Assembly (NCBI GenBank): GCA_041660005.1
Contig: JBAZXG010000001.1
Location: forward strand, 4,253 to 68,252
From: Patescibacteria group bacterium
Lineage (GTDB): Bacteria; Patescibacteriota; Patescibacteriia; GWA2-46-9
Length of the DNA stretch: 64,000 nucleotides
Direction: 5' to 3'
Shown here: in pieces, positions 28,636-37,426 of the stretch
Position numbering within the stretch: position 1 is the stretch's first letter
Layout of the letters: each line of letters opens with the position of its first letter
Notes under the pieces: generated by a model
The model's database searches: none
What the model was told of the DNA's origin: nothing
What the model saw: the letters and a program-made list of their open reading frames with translations, nothing else
Translations under genes and position numbers: made by a program

Positions 28636-30834
28636 CTAACGCGTCGCCCCAGAGTACGTGATGGCCTGCATTATATTCCAGTCATTTGTTGAATTGGGCG
28701 TACGACCGTAAATATCTTCAAATATCTCAATGCCCTTCTTCTCACTCTCTAATTTTCGGTTTTCAGCTTTTTGCCTGAGACCATACGCCATAACGGTAAC
28801 GGCGGCATTATCCTTGCCGTTCTGAAGGTTTGCTTCCCGCTTATAGATGTTTTTGAACTCAATTTTTGCACGACTTTCTGCTACCGCACTCTTCTTCTCT
28901 GGCCATCTGCCATTAGCAATTTTAATCGCATCAGTGAGTTCATCCTCGCTTTCGGGTAACTTGCCAAAGGCAGATTTGTACGAATACATCACTGCCGCTC
29001 GCTCTCCTGCTCCAAGCTTTTGTGTATTATCATCCACGCCGTAGGTGATAAAATTACTTAAGGCCTCTTTTGCCTCTTCAGATTTCATCACTTGACCAGA
29101 TGTCAATGCTCTAAGGTATTTGATTTCGGTCTCCTGCTCTTTAATGATGTTTCTAAGTTCTTTCAGTTCTCTTAGGATGGAATCAACATTATTTTCTTTC
29201 AGTAGGTACGCTTTCTCGCCGATGGTTTGCAACTGTTCGTCGGCAACTGAATCTTCCTTGCTCTCATCGGTACGAATTTGCACCTCTGTTTCTACTTCCG
29301 TCTCGCCGACTTCAGTAGTGCCAGTGCTCCCTCCACCTCCGCCGCCACCTGAACCGGAAGAAACAAACCACACAACGTTTGAACGGTAGGTTTTACCTGC
29401 CTTGCGGTCTATTAAAGAAATATAAACCCCCAGCGGTGGAGTACTCCCCTTCTTAATGGCGAACCAGAGATCATCCAGTTCTGCTGCTTTTTTCAGCCCG
29501 CAGAAACCATATATTCTTTTACCGTTTGCTTCGAATATCTCTACCCAGGTTCGGGAAGAGTTCACGTTAAGTCCGCACGCCGGCAAACTTGGCGCAACTT
29601 CAAACAGGGTATCAGGAAATGATGAACGGTTTGTTACGCTCAACCGGTAACGTACGAATTGACCGTCATTCGTTGAATAACTTTCAGTTCCTTTAAAGAC
29701 CAGCACAGGCTTAACGACCAATTCATCCTTATAATCAACGACAAAAACGTTACTGTCGTCATACCAACCTGACGCACCCGACGCACACGACTGACAGGCA
29801 ACCGTGATGACGTATTTGCCCGGGGCAATGCCGTCCGGAATGGTCCAAGCATAGGAACCGGTGTTCTTTATGCTGAGCGCAATGTTCTTTGTTTTTGTAT
29901 TTTCCCGGTCATTCAAGAGCACGTTGACGAGCCAGTTTGCTTCACCGCCACTCCAGGTGATATTACGCGTGTCACCAATGTACCAGGTTTCCCCGACGTT
30001 TTCTGGCGTATGAACAACGATAGGTTTCGTAATGTTCACGCTGCCATTAATCGTAAAAACGGGGCCGTCGCCAAACCACCCGGTTGTACCCATTTTGCAA
30101 CTCTGGCAAGCAACCCTAATAAAATATTCTCCCGGCTCAAGGTCGCGAGGAATGGTCCAAGAATAGAAACCGGTATTCTTTATGCTGAGAGCAATTTCTT
30201 TTGTGCGAGCAGTTTCTTTACCGGCTTCGATTAAGAGAACATTCACCGACCAGTCGGTTCCTCCGCCACCCCAAAAAATATTATAGGTCTGCCCAGCGTT
30301 CCACACAGCACCCGACTTCTCCGGAGTTGTCACGACAATGGACTGGTTAGTCAGCGGCGGTATGGTTACCTTCTGTTCCAGGGAGTTATTTTCTTCGTTA
30401 AATTCTGAAAGAATATTTTTAGGATCAACGGTTGCTCTGAAATAATACGTTTCGCCAGGTACAGCGTCAAAATATGCTGCCCCGCCGGTACCGTTTGTTT
30501 TACATTCACCCGGAGCAACCGCACTAACTCCCACCAAGTGATGGACAACCCGTGGCGCTCCCATGCCAATACGCTGAGTATCAACTTGAACCTCGCCTGA
30601 ACTCACTCCTCCGTTATTACAAACCGTAACCAAAATGACGCGATACGGTGTCGTGTCCGCTGCTATGGCGGACACGGATAAATCAGCTGACCGAACCGGA
30701 AAACCTAAAGACCCGCTCGAATCATCTGACGAAACTTCGGCTGCAGAAACAACGCTGACAGAAAAAACGGACGCACTAACAAGACTTACCGCAAACAGAA
30801 TCCCAACAAAAAGCGACATTTTTCTTCCTGACAT
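28636..30834 (-). CDS. Large secreted/surface multidomain protein. Domains in order: signal peptide, CARDB-like domain, two tandem ~100-aa Kre9/KNH(GPI-anchored)-like domains, beta-rich domain, poly-Gly linker, coiled-coil/alpha-helical C-terminal domain.
   Basis: N-terminal hydrophobic signal. Internal repeat IVVTTPEKSGAVWNAGQTYNIFWGGGG...YFIRVACQSCK versus IVVHTPENVGETWYIGDTRNITWSGGE...YVITVACQSCA. GGGGGGG linker. Confidence 0.7.
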   Translation of the reverse strand: MSGRKMSLFVGILFAVSLVSASVFSVSVVSAAEVSSDDSSGSLGFPVRSADLSVSAIAADTTPYRVILVTVCNNGGVSSGEVQVDTQRIGMGAPRVVHHLVGVSAVAPGECKTNGTGGAAYFDAVPGETYYFRATVDPKNILSEFNEENNSLEQKVTIPPLTNQSIVVTTPEKSGAVWNAGQTYNIFWGGGGTDWSVNVLLIEAGKETARTKEIALSIKNTGFYSWTIPRDLEPGEYFIRVACQSCKMGTTGWFGDGPVFTINGSVNITKPIVVHTPENVGETWYIGDTRNITWSGGEANWLVNVLLNDRENTKTKNIALSIKNTGSYAWTIPDGIAPGKYVITVACQSCASGASGWYDDSNVFVVDYKDELVVKPVLVFKGTESYSTNDGQFVRYRLSVTNRSSFPDTLFEVAPSLPACGLNVNSSRTWVEIFEANGKRIYGFCGLKKAAELDDLWFAIKKGSTPPLGVYISLIDRKAGKTYRSNVVWFVSSGSGGGGGGGSTGTTEVGETEVETEVQIRTDESKEDSVADEQLQTIGEKAYLLKENNVDSILRELKELRNIIKEQETEIKYLRALTSGQVMKSEEAKEALSNFITYGVDDNTQKLGAGERAAVMYSYKSAFGKLPESEDELTDAIKIANGRWPEKKSAVAESRAKIEFKNIYKREANLQNGKDNAAVTVMAYGLRQKAENRKLESEKKGIEIFEDIYGRTPNSTNDWNIMQAITYSGATR

Positions 30835-31074
30835 ACGAATTCAACACCTAAATATGAATAAATTGATGCTTTGGCAAGCACCCTAATGCCTTATATGACG
30901 GTACGCTGTTTTATTTCTTACAGACCCTTACACACTTTGCTTAGTTTCTTCTCATCACGACGGCTAGTCAAGTATTGCGGAGTGTTTTTGGTTGTTAGCA
31001 TGAAAAAATTTATTACCGGGTATTTGAGTGAAGTTCCAATAGCAACTTGCACCTACGATCGACACCAGCGTCAA

Positions 31075-31112
31075 TTTACACATTTTTGCGCGTACGCGCA
31101 AAAATGTGTAAA
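31075..31112. promoter_or_regulatory. 38-bp perfect palindrome TTTACACATTTTTGCGCGT|ACGCGCAAAAATGTGTAAA upstream of the secreted-protein gene
   Basis: Seen directly in the sequence. A near-identical 40-bp palindrome at 59063-59102 keeps perfect symmetry through paired substitutions. Confidence 0.5.
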
Positions 31113-31248
31113 AATTCTAAAGTACGAAAGCGCTAAATAGTAATCAATGACCCCGCCCCAAAGGGGACGGGGTATGTAATGGTATTTTGTCTTCTGCAAT
31201 GGTAACCTCGCGGCAAGCCGACAAGGTATTGGCAAAAATAAAAGCTGC

Positions 31249-33327
31249 CTACTTCTTTGCCCGCTCCCCAACGATCGTTTCGGTAACGTTTCGAGGAACT
31301 TCAGAATAGTGGGCAAACTCCATGGAGTGGCTAGCGCGGCCCTGAGACATTGAGCGTAATTCCGTCGCGTAACCGAACATTTCAGCCAAAGGAACCAGTG
31401 CGTCAATAACCCGCATACCACCGCGTTCACGCATTTCCTGTACCTGTCCACGGCGTGCATTAACGTCTCCAATAACATCACCCATAAACTGCTCCGGAGT
31501 AATGATTTCTGTTTTCATCATCGGCTCCAAAAGTACAGGATTTGCGCGCTTACAACCTTCTTGGAAAGCCATCGATGCAGCGATTTTAAATGCCGCCTCA
31601 GAAGAGTCAACGTCGTGGTAAGAACCGTCATACACCGCAACACTGACGTCAATCATGGGGTACCCGGCAAGCACACCACGGTCTAAGGCCTCTTGTACGC
31701 CCTTACGCACGGCCGGAATGTATTCGCGAGGGATAGCGCCGCCTTTAACCTCGTCAACGAATTCGAACCCAGCGCCTTCTTTGCGAGGGCTAACGCGCAA
31801 CCAGCAGTGACCGTATTGTCCGCGTCCGCCAGATTGCTTAATGTATTTTCCTTCAGCTTCTGAAACTTTACGAATAGTCTCGCGATAGGCCACCTGTGGC
31901 TTACCAACGGTCGCTTCAACTTTAAACTCTCGCTTCATGCGGTCGACAATGATGTCGAGGTGCAATTCTCCCATACCCGAAATAATGGTCTGCCCAGTTT
32001 CTTCGTCGCTCCTGACCTTGAAGGTTGGGTCTTCTTCAGCCAATTTTTGTAGGGCAATACCCATTTTTTCTTGATCTGCCTTGGTTTTTGGTTCAACCGC
32101 AACGGAAATAACTGGTTCAGGGAAGGTAATCGATTCAAGCACAACGGGTCGCGCTGGATCACAAATGGTGTGGCCGGTAAAGGTGTTACCTAGCCCGACA
32201 GCCGCGGCAATGTCGCCTGCGTAAACCATGTCGACTTCTTCGCGACTATTGGCGTGCAAGCGCACGATGCGACCGATGCGCTCGCGTTCATCAGTAACCG
32301 TGTTTAACACATACGAACCCGACTTCAATGTTCCAGAGTAAACGCGGAAGAAACAAAGCTTGCCGACAAATGGGTCAATAGCAACCTTAAAGGCGAGCGC
32401 GGTAAAGGGCTCGCTGTCGTCAGCTGGAATCAAAACCTGTTCTTCGCTGTCTGGTATAGTCGCCATGACTGGCGGTACCTCAATTGGTGAAGGCAAATAA
32501 TCAACCACCGCATCAAGGAGCTGTTGCACACCCTTGTTCTTCAACGCTGAGCCGCACAGTACGGGAATAATAGTCTGGGCAATAGTCGCTTTGTGGAGCA
32601 CGCGCTTCAAATCAGCAAGCGACGGCTCAGTGCCGCCAAGGTACTGTTCCATCAACACTTCGTCTTGCTCAACAATGGCGTCAATGAGTTTCGCGCGGTA
32701 GGTTGCTACCTTTTCTTTCATGTCGTCTGGAATATCTCGTTCTTCAAATTTCGTTCCTAGTTCGTCCGTATAGAAAAAAGCTTTCTGTGTCAAAAGATCG
32801 ATAATTCCAAGAAAATTCTCCTCAGCGCCAATCGGTAGCTGAATGGGGTAGGCCAGAGGGTTCAATCGTTCGTGAATAGAAGCAAGGTCAGCATAAAAAT
32901 CCGCACCCGTACGATCCATTTTATTGATGAAGCAAATGCGCGGCACGTGGAATTTGTCTGCCTGGTGCCAAACTGTTTCAGACTGCGGTTCAACGCCGGC
33001 CACGCCGTCAAAAACGACGACACCGCCGTCTAACACGCGCAGCGACCGCTGTACCTCAACCGTAAAGTCGATGTGCCCGGGCGTGTCGATAATGTTGATG
33101 CGGTTGTCCTTCCAGAAACAGGTGGTAGCTGCAGCAGTAATGGTGATACCCCGCTCGCGCTCTTGCTCCATCCAGTCCATGGTCGCTTCACCCTCGTGCA
33201 CTTCGCCTATTTTGTGTTTTTTCCCAGTATAGAAAAGGATGCGTTCCGTCACCGTTGTCTTACCCGCATCAATGTGGGCGATGATACCGATGTTGCGTGT
33301 TTTTTCAAATGTATAATCGCGAGGCAT
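31249..33327 (-). CDS. fusA: Elongation factor G
   Basis: [25 protein letters not shown]. 692 aa. Confidence 0.95.
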   Translation of the reverse strand: MPRDYTFEKTRNIGIIAHIDAGKTTVTERILFYTGKKHKIGEVHEGEATMDWMEQERERGITITAAATTCFWKDNRINIIDTPGHIDFTVEVQRSLRVLDGGVVVFDGVAGVEPQSETVWHQADKFHVPRICFINKMDRTGADFYADLASIHERLNPLAYPIQLPIGAEENFLGIIDLLTQKAFFYTDELGTKFEERDIPDDMKEKVATYRAKLIDAIVEQDEVLMEQYLGGTEPSLADLKRVLHKATIAQTIIPVLCGSALKNKGVQQLLDAVVDYLPSPIEVPPVMATIPDSEEQVLIPADDSEPFTALAFKVAIDPFVGKLCFFRVYSGTLKSGSYVLNTVTDERERIGRIVRLHANSREEVDMVYAGDIAAAVGLGNTFTGHTICDPARPVVLESITFPEPVISVAVEPKTKADQEKMGIALQKLAEEDPTFKVRSDEETGQTIISGMGELHLDIIVDRMKREFKVEATVGKPQVAYRETIRKVSEAEGKYIKQSGGRGQYGHCWLRVSPRKEGAGFEFVDEVKGGAIPREYIPAVRKGVQEALDRGVLAGYPMIDVSVAVYDGSYHDVDSSEAAFKIAASMAFQEGCKRANPVLLEPMMKTEIITPEQFMGDVIGDVNARRGQVQEMRERGGMRVIDALVPLAEMFGYATELRSMSQGRASHSMEFAHYSEVPRNVTETIVGERAKK

Positions 33328-33451
33328 AGATTAAGAATTTATGATAATCCCCACATTGATGCGGGAAGGGGTCGGTGAACCTGGGTTCCCGCGGCGGAAA
33401 TACCAAAACCGAGGGGTTGTGGAGAGCAGTGGCGGATGCCGCTGCGATGCG

Positions 33452-33510
33452 AAATGTGGGCGATGATACCGATGTTGCGCGTTTTTTCAAATGTATAATC
33501 GCGAGGCATA
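33452..33510 (-). repeat. 59-bp direct duplicate (1 mismatch) of the fusA ribosome-binding site and first 19 codons, about 180 bp upstream of the real start
   Basis: 33270-33328 versus 33452-33510 are near-identical. Inverted copy of fusA codons 17-22 at 33349-33364. Confidence 0.7.
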
Positions 33511-33617
33511 GTTTAATGCTTTAAGCTGTACGTTTTACGCTTTACGTTGTTTTACGTTGATTCTTATTTCACTAAATGAGCGCGCGTATAGCGTAGTACG
33601 TACTGCCATTGTCGCGC

Positions 33618-34085
33618 TTAGCGCGCGAAGTGAGAGAATGCGCGGTTCGACTCTGCCATCCTGTGGATGTCCAGCTTTTTCTTTATGGCTGCGCCTTCTC
33701 CCTCGGCAGCTGACATAATTTCGTGTGCTAATTTTTGCTGCATAGGACGACCCTTACCGTTTCGTGCGGCTTCAATAATCCACCGATATGCTAGCATTTG
33801 GCGCCGTTCTACACGTACCGGAACAGGGATCTGATAGTTACCGCCACCAACTCGACGACTTCTAACCTCAACCACTGGTGCGACGTTCTTAATGGCTTCG
33901 TCAAATACTTCTGTCGGGTTTTTCTTGGTCTTTGCCGCTACAATATCAAACATGCCGTAAACAATTTTTTGTGCGGCTGCTTTTTTCCCACGACCCATGA
34001 TGTAGTTGATGAATTTTGCAATATCAACCCGCTGAAACTTTGGATCAGGGGCAATCGTTCTTTTTGGTGCTTGCTTACCTCGCAT
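33618..34085 (-). CDS. rpsG: 30S ribosomal protein S7
   Basis: IAPDPKFQ..., conserved S7 core. Confidence 0.9.
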   Translation of the reverse strand: MRGKQAPKRTIAPDPKFQRVDIAKFINYIMGRGKKAAAQKIVYGMFDIVAAKTKKNPTEVFDEAIKNVAPVVEVRSRRVGGGNYQIPVPVRVERRQMLAYRWIIEAARNGKGRPMQQKLAHEIMSAAEGEGAAIKKKLDIHRMAESNRAFSHFAR

Positions 34086-34090
34086 AATTA

Positions 34091-34510
34091 TTACTTCTTA
34101 GGTCTCTTCGCGCCATAGCGGCTGCGAGAGCGGTTGCGGTTAGCAACGCCTTGTGTGTCATAAACACCACGCACGATAGTGTAACGAACACCTGGTAAGT
34201 CTTTAACACGTCCCCCACGAATAAGGACGATAGAGTGTTCCTGTAGGTTGTGGCCAACACCAGGAATGTAAGCCGTTACTTCCATGCCGTTTGATAGTCG
34301 AACACGGGCAATTTTACGCAGCGCCGAGTTTGGCTTTTTCGGTGTTTGTGTCGTTACTTTAAGACAGACTCCCCGTTTGAACGGGCTGCCCATAGCAATA
34401 ACACTGCGACGACGGTGCAGTGTATCCAGCACGGTCTGCATGGCTGGTGACTCAGATTTTCTGTTTTTGCTCCGTCGCGCACCGCGTCGAAGCTGATTAA
34501 TAGTTGGCAT
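34091..34510 (-). CDS. rpsL: 30S ribosomal protein S12, with a roughly 16-aa insertion near the N-terminus
   Basis: MPTINQL...KRGVC...[11 protein letters not shown]...[14 protein letters not shown]. The insert [16 protein letters not shown] is unusual. Confidence 0.9.
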   Translation of the reverse strand: MPTINQLRRGARRSKNRKSESPAMQTVLDTLHRRRSVIAMGSPFKRGVCLKVTTQTPKKPNSALRKIARVRLSNGMEVTAYIPGVGHNLQEHSIVLIRGGRVKDLPGVRYTIVRGVYDTQGVANRNRSRSRYGAKRPKK

Positions 34511-34652
34511 TATGGGTATTTTTCAGTAAACGAAAAGTAGACTAGAGGTCCCCTAGATCTACTTAAAATGAGAGATATCTATGGACAAACTGCCTTTCTC
34601 GACAGTGCGGAGATTGTACGGTAATTACTGCACTTACGTCAAGTCTACCTCT

Positions 34653-35291
34653 TTACGTAGAGAGAAGGGCTTGAATAAGGAGCGAAAAACCACTCTGGCC
34701 AAGGATAATACTTGCCACCCAAAAAATGAGCGGTGCAATGATATTCGCGAAAAAAAGAATGAAAATCAGGAATAAAAACATGCCATACTGACGCAAAAAA
34801 TCAGCCACATGGTCAAAACGCGGCGGCAGCATTGCCAAAAGAACGTGCGATCCATCGAGTGGTGGTATGGGAACAAGGTTGAAAACAGCGAGTAGAACGT
34901 TGGCATAGACTACAATTGTTGCAACCGATGCCATGACTGCTGGTAGCGGCACAAAACGGACAATGAGGCCAAAAACGCAAGCAAGCGCCAAATTTCCCGC
35001 TGGACCAGCGAGCCCCACCAAGGCCGGTCCATATTTTGGATATTTTAAGTTGTACGGGTTAAACGGAACAGGTTTCGCTGCTGCAAACATAAACCGGCCA
35101 CCGGTTGAAAAAAACAACAGCGCCGGCAGTAGGAGCGTCATGAACGGATCAATGTGTGCCGCTGGATTCAACGTCAGTCGCCCGAGATCACGCGCAGTCG
35201 AATCCCCCATCTGGTCAGCTGCCCAGCCATGCATATACTCGTGAAAAACCGCCGAGAGCAAAAGTATTACAAAAAATGCTGCAATCATCAT
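34653..35291 (-). CDS. Site-2 protease family (peptidase M50) membrane zinc metalloprotease
   Basis: HEYMHG (HExxH) in a TM helix. NLVPIPPLDGSH motif. Confidence 0.8.
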   Translation of the reverse strand: MMIAAFFVILLLSAVFHEYMHGWAADQMGDSTARDLGRLTLNPAAHIDPFMTLLLPALLFFSTGGRFMFAAAKPVPFNPYNLKYPKYGPALVGLAGPAGNLALACVFGLIVRFVPLPAVMASVATIVVYANVLLAVFNLVPIPPLDGSHVLLAMLPPRFDHVADFLRQYGMFLFLIFILFFANIIAPLIFWVASIILGQSGFSLLIQALLST

Positions 35292-35535
35292 AAAGAACCA
35301 ATCGCAAAAATAGTTTTCAAGCCAAAGCGCAGAGATGCCAGCCGAGCCACGATTAAAAAAGCGGAAGAATACCGCGTGGGTCTTTCGAGCATTTTTTGAC
35401 GTGGTGCAGGCGGCATAGATGCGGTTTGGGTGAACAAGGATTTTTAAGAGAGGTTCTGATCATGAGAATAGCGGAAGCGGGCTAAGTTCGCAAACGCGAG
35501 TGTTTACCCAATCCTCTGTTAGCGACTAGATATCG

Positions 35536-35564
35536 TTGACGCACTATTTAACATCTGGTACAAT
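35536..35564 (+). promoter_or_regulatory. Consensus sigma70-type promoter TTGACG-17nt-TACAAT for rpmB
   Basis: TTGACG at 35536-35541 and TACAAT at 35559-35564 with exact 17-nt spacing, about 28 nt upstream of the rpmB ATG. Confidence 0.5.
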
Positions 35565-35591
35565 TGGCAAACTCAAATATAGCCTTAGAAT

Positions 35592-35771
35592 ATGGCAAAA
35601 TCATGCGACCAATGTGGACGAGGTTCGGCAAAGGCGACTAGCCGCAGCCACTCAAACATTGCTACACTCCGCCGTCAATACATTAATTTGCAGACGCGGC
35701 ACATCAATGGTACGAAAGTAAAACTTTGTACTTCATGCATGCGCACGAACACCAAACGCGCCGTCGTTTAG
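35592..35771 (+). CDS. rpmB: 50S ribosomal protein L28
   Basis: Manual translation gives MAKSCDQCGRGSAKATSRSHSNIATLRRQYINLQTRHINGTKVKLCTSCMRTNTKRAVV, 59 aa. It is below the track cutoff. It is one of only two plus-strand genes in the window; the other is the AT-rich ORF at 46067-46579. Confidence 0.8.
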   Translation: MAKSCDQCGRGSAKATSRSHSNIATLRRQYINLQTRHINGTKVKLCTSCMRTNTKRAVV

Positions 35772-35802
35772 TGAGCTGTAAAAAGATTGCAAGTAAAAAC
35801 CC

Positions 35803-35830
35803 CGCTTCCGCGGGGTTTTTACGTATCGAC
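35803..35830. terminator. Bidirectional rho-independent terminator AAAAACCCCGC-TTCC-GCGGGGTTTTT
   Basis: Lies between convergent rpmB (+) and the hyf-like operon end (-). Confidence 0.6.
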
Positions 35831-35856
35831 CGTCAAACTTACTTTGTAACAAAAAA

Positions 35857-37425
35857 TTATAGATCGTTACCCGTGTACGACAAACTGAAACTTTTATTGA
35901 TGAGCGGAAAATCTGGTACGACATTATGCGCTCCGGCATGCCCCAGTAGCGACCAGTTCATAAACGAAGGGTCGCGCAAGGCAACTCTGGTAATATTGCC
36001 GCGTTCGTCGGTTTTTACAAAATAGACTATTTCCCCTCGCCATCCTTCGACCACGCTTATTGCCAGTGCATTTTTTTTGTATGGAGTAGTGCTGGCCAGA
36101 CTGATTGGTCCTTCGGGCAGGGTCTGCAGTGTTCGCTCAATTAAGGCAAGCGATGCACGCGCCTCTTTAATGCGAACATAAAATCTTGCATAAACATCTC
36201 CACTTTCTTCAGTTTCAACTGTTTTAAAACCGAGTCCTTCGTAGGCAGCATAGGGAAAATCCAGACGCGCATCAGTTTTAATGCTAACTGCCCGAGCGGC
36301 AACGCCCGTTGCTCCATGCTCTAAAGCAATTTGAAGAGCGAGTACGCCAGTACCCTTCAAGCGGTTAAGGAGCGAATCGCTATTTTCAGCAACTGCAATA
36401 ACTTCACCAAAATCTTTTGCTATGAGAGCAAGGTCTTGCAAAAGTTTTTTCTTTGCTTCATCGGTGATGTCCTTCGTCACTCCACCGCACATACTTACAC
36501 CGCGCAAAAACCGAGAGCCGGTCAACCGTTCGTTGATTTGCATCACCATCTCCCTGAGACGAGCGCCTTGCGCCCCGCCAAAATTAAACCCCGTATCAGT
36601 CATGATGGCACCAATATCACCAAAGTGATTCGCTAGCCGTTCTAATTCTGCGTACACAACGCGTAAAGAAGCAGCTCGCTTTGGCACAGTCACATCACTT
36701 AATTCTTCGAGCGCCTGACAAAACGCGAGTGAGTGGCTAAATGAACTATCTCCAGAAATTTTTTCAGACAGACGCACCATGTCCGTTGACGATAATGTTT
36801 CGAATATTTTTTCACTCCCTTTATGCGTATACCCGAGCCGAGGTTCAAGTAAAATTATTTCCTCTCCTGCCACACTAAACCGGAAATGACCCGGTTCAAT
36901 AATCCCCGCGTGAATAGGACCCACTGGTATCTCGTAGATTCCCTCCCCTCCTACTTTTTGAAACTCATATGTTCCTATTGCAGTCTCTGGTCTTGTTTGC
37001 CAGTCAAAGTCTTTTCTCAATGGATAGACGTCTGCGGGCCAATTTTCATGAAGAATGTTCGGTCGATCGTCAGGATGACCAACAGGGTTCAAACCAAAGA
37101 AAGTTCTGATTTTTCTTTCGTGATTCCAAGCTTCGTGAATATCGGCAGATAAAGATGGAAATTCATTCGTACCTTTTAAACTGATAAAAGGAACGATGAA
37201 GGCATGCTCTCCCGGCACACCGAAGACATACCAAATTCTGAAACAACCATGCTCCTCTCTCTCGTCAGTAGCGGTGATGAACTTGAGCTGCAAATTTTTG
37301 TCATACCGCAAATTGTGAGCAAGGGCACACACCTCTGACACCGCAGTTTCAAAAACAGCGGCATTGCCAAACACATCTATTTTTACGCTACTGGGAATAT
37401 ACTTTTTGAGTTGCTCAATGTTCAT
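35857..37425 (-). CDS. NuoC-NuoD fusion / HycE(HyfG)-like large subunit lacking NiFe-ligating cysteines (Ehr-type)
   Basis: RLGYTHKG replaces the RxCGxCxxxH L1 motif. The C-terminal KSFSLSYTGND replaces DPCxxCxxR. Confidence 0.7.
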   Translation of the reverse strand: MNIEQLKKYIPSSVKIDVFGNAAVFETAVSEVCALAHNLRYDKNLQLKFITATDEREEHGCFRIWYVFGVPGEHAFIVPFISLKGTNEFPSLSADIHEAWNHERKIRTFFGLNPVGHPDDRPNILHENWPADVYPLRKDFDWQTRPETAIGTYEFQKVGGEGIYEIPVGPIHAGIIEPGHFRFSVAGEEIILLEPRLGYTHKGSEKIFETLSSTDMVRLSEKISGDSSFSHSLAFCQALEELSDVTVPKRAASLRVVYAELERLANHFGDIGAIMTDTGFNFGGAQGARLREMVMQINERLTGSRFLRGVSMCGGVTKDITDEAKKKLLQDLALIAKDFGEVIAVAENSDSLLNRLKGTGVLALQIALEHGATGVAARAVSIKTDARLDFPYAAYEGLGFKTVETEESGDVYARFYVRIKEARASLALIERTLQTLPEGPISLASTTPYKKNALAISVVEGWRGEIVYFVKTDERGNITRVALRDPSFMNWSLLGHAGAHNVVPDFPLINKSFSLSYTGNDL

Positions 37426-37426
37426 A

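Noticed and set aside
30871-31481. ORFs 30871-31140(+) and 31071-31481(-), spanning the 38-bp palindrome
   Set aside because: They read through a perfect palindrome, which is why both translations contain FTHFCAYAQKCV. The region is intergenic and regulatory.
33305-33490. 61-aa ORF in the rpsG-fusA spacer
   Set aside because: It is a frame artefact of the duplicated fusA start region. The biologically relevant ORF there, if any, is the 56-codon decoy that shares the EF-G N-terminus.
35292-35535. Looked for a tRNA or ncRNA in the 250-bp gap upstream of rpmB and the M50 protease gene
   Set aside because: No cloverleaf or obvious conserved structure was found. It is most likely a divergent promoter region.
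35536-35721. 61-aa plus-strand ORF overlapping rpmB
   Set aside because: Wrong frame. The frame starting at 35592 encodes a clear L28 homolog.
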